Origin: Geopsychrobacteraceae bacterium
Lineage (GTDB): Bacteria > Desulfobacterota > Desulfuromonadia > Desulfuromonadales > Geopsychrobacteraceae
NCBI GenBank assembly: GCA_963676795.2
Contig: CAXXTB010000002.1
Location: forward strand, 896,001 to 960,000
DNA: 64,000 nt
Direction: 5' to 3'
Below the pieces are notes generated by a model. It made no database searches and had not been told where the DNA came from. It worked only from the letters and a program-made list of their open reading frames with translations. A program made the translations under genes and the position numbers. Positions 18,600 to 26,394 of this stretch are shown in pieces (position 1 is the stretch's first letter; the number at the start of each line of letters is the position of its first letter).

Positions 18600-20428
18600 G
18601 GCTGATCATCCTCCTGCGGTTCTCCGCCGTTGTAGCGGTATTTCTGTTCGAGTTGAAATTTACGCCTGAGCAGGCCGCCCGGATCGTCGGGGATGCGCTG
18701 CAGGTATCGCTGCAGCTGCTGTTCTTCAGGCGACAGGTCCTCGTCGTCAGAGTTAGACTGTGCGGCCGTTTGCGGTTGCTCATCCTGTTGTGCACTGTCC
18801 TGCTGCTGTGCCTGTGCCTGCTCCGCGGAACGGTCCTGTTGCTCCTGTTTATCCCGGGCGTTCTGATCTTGTTGATCTTGGTTCTGTTGTGTCTGATCAC
18901 CCTGCCGGGCGTTGCTCTTACCTTGCTGCTGCTGATCCTGGGGGCTGTTCTGCTGTTGCCTCTGTTCACCTGCCTGCTGATCAGCATCATTCTTCTGCTT
19001 GTCGCCCTGATCCTGCGACTGGTTCCCCTGGCCGTTTTGATTCTGCTGTTGCTGCTCCTGTTGTTTCAAGGCGTCTGCAACGATCTTGCGGTTCTCTTTG
19101 ACATCGGTAAGTTCAGGGTTCTGTTTCAGTGCCCTGTCATAGGCATCAAGGGCCTCTTGGAGTTGCCCGTTGCGGGCGAGCATGTTGCCGCGGTTGTACC
19201 AGTCGTCGGCGCTCTCTGCCTGCGGCAATTCCTTAAGGGCGGTGCCGTAGTCACCGCCCTGGTAGTGGCTGCTCGCTCTCCAGCGCGGATCTTTGAACCC
19301 CTCGGCAGCATCCTGGTAGTTCTGCTGCTGATATTGCCGGTAGGCCTGTTGCTCGGAGTTATGCCACAGCCCGGTCCAGTCGAGGGCGCAGGCCGGAGAG
19401 GGAGCGGCCAAAGGCAGCAGGACAACCAGTGGTACGATCAGCAGCCAGCCGCGCCGGAAGGCGAAGGCACAGAGGATGGCCAGTGGCCAGAGCAGCCAGA
19501 CCCCGGCGTCCTGCCAGAGATCCCCGGTCCTGTTGAGCTGATTGTCAGCATTGGCCGGCGTTGTGGTCTTGATCTGACCGAGCAGGGCGGTGAAATCGCT
19601 GTCATCAACGCTTAACCGCCGGTAGCTGCCGCCGCCTGCCGCGGCCAGGGCTTTTAGCCCCGTTTCATTGAGGCGCGGCAGGGCCAGGTTGCCGCTTTTA
19701 TCCTTGAAGAAGCCACCGCCCGGCAGTGGAATCGGCGCGCCTTCCGGGGTGCCGATCCCGATAATCTGCAATGTCAGGCCATTCTCTTGCAATTTGCTGG
19801 CGGCCGCGCTGTATTGTTCCGGGTGGTCTTCGTCGGTGAGCATCAGCAGGGTTCCTTCGCTCTGGCCGGCCTGCTTGAGCAGCGAAGAGGCCAGCTCGAA
19901 GACGCGCTCCGGGTGACTGCCCTGGAGCGGCATCATATCCGGATTCAGACTGCCGAGCAGCAGTTGGATCGTCTCCGTGTCGCTGGTCAGCGGTGTGACG
20001 GCATGGGCACTGCCGGCAAAGGCGATCAGTGCGGTCTGCCCTTCACGGCGCTGGCGCAGGATGTCGGCAATTTTGAGTCGTGCGCGCATGGCCCGGCTCG
20101 GTTTCTGGTCGGCGACCGACATCGAGCGCGACAGATCATAAGCGATGATCAGCGCCGATTGCTGGCGCAGGACCGGCACCGGGCGCTTCTGCCAGGTCGG
20201 TCCGGCGAGAGCGAGAATTGCAAGGATAATAGCCGTCAGGACCAGCCACAGGGGCCAGTTGGCCCTGCGCTGCGAATGGCCGATCAGCAGATGCGGCAGC
20301 AGTTCCGGGTCGCAGATCTCCTGCCAGCTGCGGCTTTTGAGCTGGCGTTTCCAGTAGCTAGCGAGGATGGCCAGCAACGGAATCAGGGCAATAAACCAGG
20401 CCGGGCGTAAAAAGTGAAAATGTTCCAT
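18593..20428 (-). CDS. vWA + TPR protein with Q-rich tail (BatB/BatC-like)
   Basis: HFLRP.W N-terminus, DLSRSM MIDAS, TPR YNRGN, poly-Q region, IPDDPGGLLRRKF. Confidence 0.9.
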   Translation of the reverse strand: MEHFHFLRPAWFIALIPLLAILASYWKRQLKSRSWQEICDPELLPHLLIGHSQRRANWPLWLVLTAIILAILALAGPTWQKRPVPVLRQQSALIIAYDLSRSMSVADQKPSRAMRARLKIADILRQRREGQTALIAFAGSAHAVTPLTSDTETIQLLLGSLNPDMMPLQGSHPERVFELASSLLKQAGQSEGTLLMLTDEDHPEQYSAAASKLQENGLTLQIIGIGTPEGAPIPLPGGGFFKDKSGNLALPRLNETGLKALAAAGGGSYRRLSVDDSDFTALLGQIKTTTPANADNQLNRTGDLWQDAGVWLLWPLAILCAFAFRRGWLLIVPLVVLLPLAAPSPACALDWTGLWHNSEQQAYRQYQQQNYQDAAEGFKDPRWRASSHYQGGDYGTALKELPQAESADDWYNRGNMLARNGQLQEALDAYDRALKQNPELTDVKENRKIVADALKQQEQQQQNQNGQGNQSQDQGDKQKNDADQQAGEQRQQQNSPQDQQQQGKSNARQGDQTQQNQDQQDQNARDKQEQQDRSAEQAQAQQQDSAQQDEQPQTAAQSNSDDEDLSPEEQQLQRYLQRIPDDPGGLLRRKFQLEQKYRYNGGEPQEDDQPW

Positions 20429-20429
20429 C

Positions 20430-21425
20430 TCAATTTCTCCTTAAACGCGGCAGGTTGTCGCCGATGGCCAGCAGGGCTGCGATAATCAGGGCAATACCGA
20501 GCGGCCAGTAGAAAAGGTCGCTGACCGGCCGGTAGCGCTCGACATCCTTTTCCGCCGGTTCCAGTTGGTCGAGCAATTTGTAGATCTCCTCCAGTTCGTC
20601 ACTGTCATGGGCGCGGAAATAGCGACCGCCGGTTTTTTCGGCGACCATCTTCAGGGTCGCTTCATCGAGATCCTGCGATGGGTTGACGGTCTGGGAAAAG
20701 AGAAATCCGCGGACCTCCATGCTGCTGGCACCGATACCGATGGTGTAGATCTTTAAGCCCTGCCGGGCGGCCAGTTCTGCAGCTTTCTCCGGTGTCAGTT
20801 CGCCGGTGGTATTGGCGCCGTCGGTCATCAGGATCAGCACCCGTTTGGTCGCTTCGTCCTTGTTGGTACGTTTCAGTGCCAGGCCGATGGCATCGCCGAT
20901 GGCGGTCTGCTTGCCGGCCATGCCGAGCAGCGATTCAGCGAGCAGGGTTTTTACCGAATTCAGGTCGAAGGTCAGCGGCGTCTGGACGTAGGCCTGGTCG
21001 CCAAACAGGATCAGGCCGATCCGGTCGCCGCTACGTCGTTCGATGAACGGGGAGGCGAGCTGCTTGAGCGCGGTCAGACGGTCAACCTGCTTGCCTCCGA
21101 TTTCAAAGTCGGGGGTCTCCATGCTGCCGGACAGATCGACGGCGAGCAGCAGGTCGCGCCCGGAGACCGGAAAATCAAGCGGTTCGCCCATCCACTGGGG
21201 GCGGGCGCAGGCGCTGATCAGCAGCAGCCAGCAGAGCAGGGCGAGAATTTTAAACAGCCGTGAGCGCCCGGCACTGCTCTGCTGGTGGCGGGCCAGGTTG
21301 AAACGGGACAGTTGCGGAACCCACAGGGCGGCCTCTTCACCCGCCAGGGCGGGGGGCAGCAACTTCCAGAGAATCAGCGGCAACGGCAGCAGGACAAAAG
21401 CCCAGGGCCAGTCGAAATGAATCAT
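20430..21425 (-). CDS. batA: vWA domain protein (BatA-like)
   Basis: ARPQW, DLSGSM MIDAS, TAIGDA, LMTDG. Confidence 0.9.
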   Translation of the reverse strand: MIHFDWPWAFVLLPLPLILWKLLPPALAGEEAALWVPQLSRFNLARHQQSSAGRSRLFKILALLCWLLLISACARPQWMGEPLDFPVSGRDLLLAVDLSGSMETPDFEIGGKQVDRLTALKQLASPFIERRSGDRIGLILFGDQAYVQTPLTFDLNSVKTLLAESLLGMAGKQTAIGDAIGLALKRTNKDEATKRVLILMTDGANTTGELTPEKAAELAARQGLKIYTIGIGASSMEVRGFLFSQTVNPSQDLDEATLKMVAEKTGGRYFRAHDSDELEEIYKLLDQLEPAEKDVERYRPVSDLFYWPLGIALIIAALLAIGDNLPRLRRN

Positions 21426-21922
21426 GCCGACCTCCTGCGCTTATCCTGAGCTGGCAGCCGGCGCAGCCAGTTGCGGCACAGGTTGAACAGTGCCAACGGT
21501 TCAAATTGTGGCTCTGGCTGGTAGGGGCCGCTGGCCAGGCATTGACCGACGCCGGTTGTGAACTCAGTGGTCTTGCCCTGACTGTCGAGAAACTTAAGCC
21601 ATTCCTGGCCACTCAGTCCGGCGCAGCTGTTATCCGGCCAGGCCTTGAGTGCCGCACGGCGCAACAGCCGGGACAGGGCGGCGAGCAGTTCGCTGTGACT
21701 CAGCGGTTGTTGTTCGAGTTGGGTCAGTTCCCTGAGGGCCTGACGGCGATAGGTCAAGCGCTTGTGCCGGTTCAGCAGCAGCAGGAACAGGCAAACGAGG
21801 ATGAGCAACAGCGCGGCAACGAGCCACCAGCCGGGCGCCGGGGGCCAGAACCCCGGGACCGGCGGCAGGTGCAGATCGTGCAGCGGCAGAGAACTGTAAG
21901 GATTGGTGGTTGGAGCAGGCAT
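21422..21922 (-). CDS. DUF4381 family membrane protein
   Basis: LHDLHLP...WPPAPGWW, L.G.EWL.FLD; operon position. Confidence 0.88.
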   Translation of the reverse strand: MPAPTTNPYSSLPLHDLHLPPVPGFWPPAPGWWLVAALLLILVCLFLLLLNRHKRLTYRRQALRELTQLEQQPLSHSELLAALSRLLRRAALKAWPDNSCAGLSGQEWLKFLDSQGKTTEFTTGVGQCLASGPYQPEPQFEPLALFNLCRNWLRRLPAQDKRRRSA

Positions 21923-21925
21923 TGG

Positions 21926-22852
21926 TTATCCTTTGTTGCCGGTGATGAACTGCTGCGGATCGCTGGTCGTCACGACGTCGTAAAAAACAATCCGGTAGCT
22001 TTTACAGAACGCGTTGACCCGCTCGTGCAGGGTGGCAAAGTTGCGGTGATAGTGACTGCGCACCTGGCTGCTTGCCGTCGAGATCAGCAGATCGCTGCTG
22101 CCGTCACTGAGGCGGTAGTTGTTCCCCTGCGGCAGCTCCGCTTCGAGCGGGTCGAAAAGGAAATAGAGGCTGATCTCGGCCTGACGGCTGAGCACGGCCA
22201 GCTGTTTCTCCACCGAGTCGTCCCACTGGGTCAGGTCGCTGAACAGATGAACCCTGCTCCCCGGTCTGGTGACACGCAGCAGGCGCTGGACGGTTTCGGC
22301 CAGCCGCTGGTGAGGCTGAAACGGCTGGTGGGGCGGGCGCTGCCAGACCGGATCGCTGGTCATGGCGTTGAGCAGCTGGAGAACACCGCGATGACCGCCA
22401 CGCGGGCGCAGTTCGGTGTGTTTCTCCTCGGAAAAGAGGAAGCCGCCGATCCGGTCGCCCTGAGCCATGGCCTGCCAGGCGAGCAGGGCCGCCAGCTGCG
22501 AGGCAAGGACCGCCTTGAAACGGCCGCGGGTGGCAAAGAACATCGGCCGCCGGTAATCGAGGGCATACAGCACCGGTCGTTCGCGTTCTTCATGGAACAG
22601 CTTGGTGTGGACCTTGCCGCGCCGCGCAGTGACCCGCCAGTCGATGCTGCGCACGTCATCCCCGGGCTGGTAGCCGCGCACCTCGGCAAATTCCATCCCC
22701 CGGCCGCGAAACCGTGAACGGTGACCACCAGCCAGCTGGGCGCTGGCGAGGCTGCGAGGCTTTTCCGTTCGCTGCGGCAGGGCGCGCAGGGCAACCAGCT
22801 CCTTGAGGCTGATGTTGACCGGGGATGATTTATCTTCAGTCTGTTTTGACAC
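21926..22852 (-). CDS. DUF58 family protein
   Basis: GRGMEFAEVR.YQPGDDVRSIDWRVTAR, EERER. Confidence 0.92.
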   Translation of the reverse strand: MSKQTEDKSSPVNISLKELVALRALPQRTEKPRSLASAQLAGGHRSRFRGRGMEFAEVRGYQPGDDVRSIDWRVTARRGKVHTKLFHEERERPVLYALDYRRPMFFATRGRFKAVLASQLAALLAWQAMAQGDRIGGFLFSEEKHTELRPRGGHRGVLQLLNAMTSDPVWQRPPHQPFQPHQRLAETVQRLLRVTRPGSRVHLFSDLTQWDDSVEKQLAVLSRQAEISLYFLFDPLEAELPQGNNYRLSDGSSDLLISTASSQVRSHYHRNFATLHERVNAFCKSYRIVFYDVVTTSDPQQFITGNKG

Positions 22853-22883
22853 GAGCTATCCTTAAAAAACTTGGTGACTTCCC

Positions 22884-23003
22884 AAAAACGAGAGATTTTT
22901 CGTTGTGGCTAGGAAAACAAGGAACGGCGCGGAGGCATACACCGGTATGCCGCACAAGCCATTCCGAAGATTGACGAAGCCACGGCGGAAAAGATCCGTT
23001 TTT
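22884..23003. mobile_element. about 120-bp MITE/REP-like palindromic element inside the Bat operon
   Basis: Imperfect terminal IRs AAAAACGAGAGATTTTTCGTTGTGGCT / AGCCACGGCGGAAAAGATCCGTTTTT; inner hairpin GGCATAC-ACCG-GTATGCC. Confidence 0.6.
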
Positions 23004-23005
23004 CG

Positions 23006-23971
23006 CTAGGGCACAGGTACCCGGGCGAGCAGTTCCCCGATAATCCGCTCGCGGCTGATCCCTTCGGCCTCGGCTTCGTAGCTGAGTAGCAGGCGATGGC
23101 GGAGGACGCCGAAGGCCAACTGCTGGATATCCTCCGGGGTGACGTAGTCACGCCCCTGCAGCCAGGCGCGCGAGCGGGCGCAGCGGTCGAGGGCGATGGT
23201 CGCCCGCGGGCTGGCGCCGTAGACCAGCCAGCCGGCCAGGTCGCTCCCCCAGTTCTGTGGTTTGCGGGTCGCCAGGATCAGCTGGACCAGGTACTCCTCG
23301 AGATTCTCGGCCAGGTGCACGCTGAGGACCTGCTGGCGGGCCTGGCGCAGTTCGGCCGTGGTCAGGCGCTGTGGCGCTGGCGGCTGCTGCGTGGCGGCGG
23401 CCTCACCGCGGGCCAGACGCAGGATCTCCAGTTCTGTCGCCGCTTCCGGATAGTCAACCAGAACATGCAGCAGGAAGCGGTCGAGCTGGGCTTCGGGGAG
23501 CGGGTAGGTCCCTTCCTGTTCGATCGGGTTCTGGGTCGCCATGACCAGGAAGGGATCGGCCAGCGGGTAGCTGGTCTGACCGACGGTGATCTGGCGTTCG
23601 GCCATTGCCTCCAGCAGGGCCGACTGAACCTTGGCCGGCGCGCGGTTGATCTCGTCGGCGAGGATCAGGTTGTGAAACAGCGGGCCGCGCTGAAACTGGA
23701 AACTGCCGTCCTGCGGGCGGAAGATTTCGGTGCCGGTCAGGTCGGCAGGAAGCAGGTCGGGGGTGAACTGGACGCGGTGAAAGCTGCCTTCGAGCTGCTC
23801 GGCCAGCTGACGGATGGCGCGGGTTTTGGCCAGGCCAGGAGCCCCTTCGACGAGCAGGTGGCCATCGGCCAACAGGGCGATCAGCAGGGCCTCGATCAGC
23901 TGCGGCTGACCGATGATGCGGGACTGCAGGGTTGCGGCGAGGGTTTGAAAACGCTGTTGAACAGTATCCAT
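23006..23971 (-). CDS. moxR: MoxR family AAA+ ATPase
   Basis: EGAPGLAKT, QFTPDLLPAD, DEINRAPAKVQSALLEAM, ATQNPIEQEGTYPLPEAQLDRF. Confidence 0.95.
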   Translation of the reverse strand: MDTVQQRFQTLAATLQSRIIGQPQLIEALLIALLADGHLLVEGAPGLAKTRAIRQLAEQLEGSFHRVQFTPDLLPADLTGTEIFRPQDGSFQFQRGPLFHNLILADEINRAPAKVQSALLEAMAERQITVGQTSYPLADPFLVMATQNPIEQEGTYPLPEAQLDRFLLHVLVDYPEAATELEILRLARGEAAATQQPPAPQRLTTAELRQARQQVLSVHLAENLEEYLVQLILATRKPQNWGSDLAGWLVYGASPRATIALDRCARSRAWLQGRDYVTPEDIQQLAFGVLRHRLLLSYEAEAEGISRERIIGELLARVPVP

Positions 23972-24018
23972 TGAAGATTCCCTTGATATTGTCGTGTTTG
24001 TCTGGCGGAGGTGTGGAG

Positions 24019-24077
24019 CCTCAGCTGTCCGGTTTGAAGAACTGAGAATGACCTCAGCTGTCAGGTTTTGACGAACT
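24019..24077. repeat. tandem about 25-bp direct repeat upstream of moxR
   Basis: CCTCAGCTGTCCGGTTTGAAGAACT and CCTCAGCTGTCAGGTTTTGACGAACT. Confidence 0.7.
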
Positions 24078-24098
24078 ATCGGTACTGGATTCTGACGT

Positions 24099-24416
24099 TC
24101 AGGTCAAGACTGGTGGCGGTCGATTGGAATGGTTTGGGCGCATTGAAAAATCGGACTGCTGCTCAGGAGCGGTCCTGTGCCCTTGGGATTGGTCCGTCTG
24201 GAGTGGATGGTTCTGAATCCGGGTGGCAGGCGGGAGAGCGTGAAACGGCGCGCCACCAGTAGAGTGACTTTCATCGTCGCCGATCTGTTCATAGCTGCTG
24301 GACTCGCTCTCAGCGAGCTGAGCCTGGTGCTGCAGTGTCAGAAAAATCTGGCAGCAGGCGATGATCAGCAGAACCAGGCAGCAGTACTGGTAGATCGCTC
24401 GGTTTTCTACAGTCAT
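24099..24416 (-). CDS. small putative leader protein with N-terminal hydrophobic segment and C-terminal RPPP
   Basis: MTVENR..LVLLIIACCQIFLTL...SNRPPPVLT*, co-oriented about 130 bp upstream of moxR; no clear RBS. Confidence 0.45.
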   Translation of the reverse strand: MTVENRAIYQYCCLVLLIIACCQIFLTLQHQAQLAESESSSYEQIGDDESHSTGGAPFHALPPATRIQNHPLQTDQSQGHRTAPEQQSDFSMRPNHSNRPPPVLT

Positions 24417-24846
24417 GGGTTTATCGTCGATAATGGTCATGAAAAGATTAATAAGCAAACCTCGGGCCAACGAAATATAGAGTAAAAACAGCCACCTATG
24501 TAACATTGTTCTGTTGCATTCTGCCCCATTGGGGCAAAATGCCCCGCGATGATCGCGATGAAAATCTCTTTGAATCAACGGCTGGTGGCTATTTTCCGGC
24601 CAGCAATTTCCTTTCGAAATAATCAGGGCATTTTACCGAGCTTTTAAAACTTTGCACCTTCGCGGATTTGCGTGAGGCCGGTTTGGGTCTTGGCGGGGTT
24701 GTTGTGGCTGAAAGAAGATATCCTGCCTGAGTTATTCAATAATGCAAATTGGATGACTCGCAAAAATGGCAGCCTGTGCTAAGTTTTAAGTACTCTGCCC
24801 TTCTGTGGCAGAGGGGAGAAGGGTTATCGCCTATGAAGGTGTGCTG

Positions 24847-26358
24847 ATGAGAAAACCAAAGGCCTTTGCCCGGGACTTGACGGCCATTGCCAGGGCCTAT
24901 TCGGCAGGACGGCTGAACCGGCGGGCTTTTCTGCGCTATTGTGCCCTTGCCGGGCTGGCCTGCAGCTCTCCCTATCTGCTCAGTGGCTGTAAAAATAAAT
25001 CAGCACAAACTGCTGCCGGTGACGCCGAGTCGCTGCTCGGTCCTCAGTCGGCCATGACACCCGGTACCGATCAATATCATTTCCTGTCCGATGTCGGGCG
25101 CAGCTTTTCCGGAACCAAACTGCGGGTTGTCAGTGAAGATACCCCGCCGTCGCAGGCCATCAAAAAGCTTATCGAACAGGAATTCACTCCGCTGACCGGG
25201 ATCGAGGTCGAGTGGGAGTTGATCCCTCTGGACCGGGCGCTGGCGCGGATTCTTTCCGATGTCGGACAGAAATCGGGGGGGCACGATATCTTCTATCTGG
25301 ATCAGGCCTGGGTTGCTAATTTTGCCATGGATTGTACACCGGTCTGGATGTTGCTGCAAAATCAGGACCTGCTCTATCCCGGCTATGCGCTGGACGATCT
25401 TCTGCTGCCTCTGATGGAGCATGGGGCTTCGAGCCAGAGCGTGCTGATCGGTATCCCCTTTGATATCCCGATCTTCATCATGATGTATCGCAGGGATATC
25501 TTTGACGATCTCAACCTCAAGGTACCGACCACGTTGAGCGAATATCTCGAGGTCGTCAGAGCGATCAATGAAACCCTGGCGCCCCAGGTCTACGGTACAA
25601 CCGCTCAGTGGAAATCGGGACACTACGGCCTGGAGTGTCACATGACAGCCTGGCTGTGGGGGCATGGCGGTTCGATTTTTGATGCGGACCTGAAGCCGAC
25701 GATCAACGATGAACGGGCTCATGCGGCAATGGAATACATGCTGAATCTCGGCCGTTACATGCCCCCCGGTGTCACCACCTGGGACTGGCAGGGGGAGGCG
25801 GCCTCCTTCGCCCAGGGGCTGGCCGGTGTCTATCTGTCATGGGGAGAGTTTTTCCCGTCCTTCGACGATCCGGTCAACTCTCAGATTGCCGGGCTCGCCG
25901 AGGCCGCTCTCTGCCCACGCCCCGATCTGCTGCGCTCCGCTGCTGACTGCGGTTTCGGCGAGGTGCCGGGCATCGGCCATCAGGGGGGGAGCTGTCTGGC
26001 CGTTTCCCGTTACAGTCGCCACCAGGAGGCGGCCTGGATTCTGCTGCAATGGGCGACCAGCCCCGATATCACCGTCCGTTCGTCTCTGCTAGGCGGTGGC
26101 GCCAATCCGGTCCGGCAGAGTAATTACAGCGATCCGCGCGTACTGCGGATGAATAAGCCGGGACCGGGAACAACGCGTCATTTTGATGTGACCCTGCAGA
26201 CGATCCTCAAGGATCTGGGGAGTGAACCCCATTATCCCGGTTGGGCCAGCCTGGCGACTGATTGCTTTGCCGTTGAACTGGGCAAGCTGACCACCGGCCA
26301 GCAGGGGATCAGCGAGACCTTGGATACTATGGCGAGTGTCGCCAAGACCTCATTCTGA
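24847..26358 (+). CDS. extracellular solute-binding protein (sugar-binding family-like), Tat lipoprotein-like
   Basis: NRRAFL twin-Arg motif, LSGC lipobox, EFT..TGIEVEWE, MYRRDIF, W..GG. Confidence 0.85.
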   Translation: MRKPKAFARDLTAIARAYSAGRLNRRAFLRYCALAGLACSSPYLLSGCKNKSAQTAAGDAESLLGPQSAMTPGTDQYHFLSDVGRSFSGTKLRVVSEDTPPSQAIKKLIEQEFTPLTGIEVEWELIPLDRALARILSDVGQKSGGHDIFYLDQAWVANFAMDCTPVWMLLQNQDLLYPGYALDDLLLPLMEHGASSQSVLIGIPFDIPIFIMMYRRDIFDDLNLKVPTTLSEYLEVVRAINETLAPQVYGTTAQWKSGHYGLECHMTAWLWGHGGSIFDADLKPTINDERAHAAMEYMLNLGRYMPPGVTTWDWQGEAASFAQGLAGVYLSWGEFFPSFDDPVNSQIAGLAEAALCPRPDLLRSAADCGFGEVPGIGHQGGSCLAVSRYSRHQEAAWILLQWATSPDITVRSSLLGGGANPVRQSNYSDPRVLRMNKPGPGTTRHFDVTLQTILKDLGSEPHYPGWASLATDCFAVELGKLTTGQQGISETLDTMASVAKTSF

Positions 26359-26394
26359 TTGTACCTGATCAGTGAATAGCGTGAGAACAGGCCT

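Noticed and set aside
18700..19070. Q-rich low-complexity tract as a novel repeat
   Set aside because: Ordinary feature of the vWA-TPR (BatB/C-like) C-terminus
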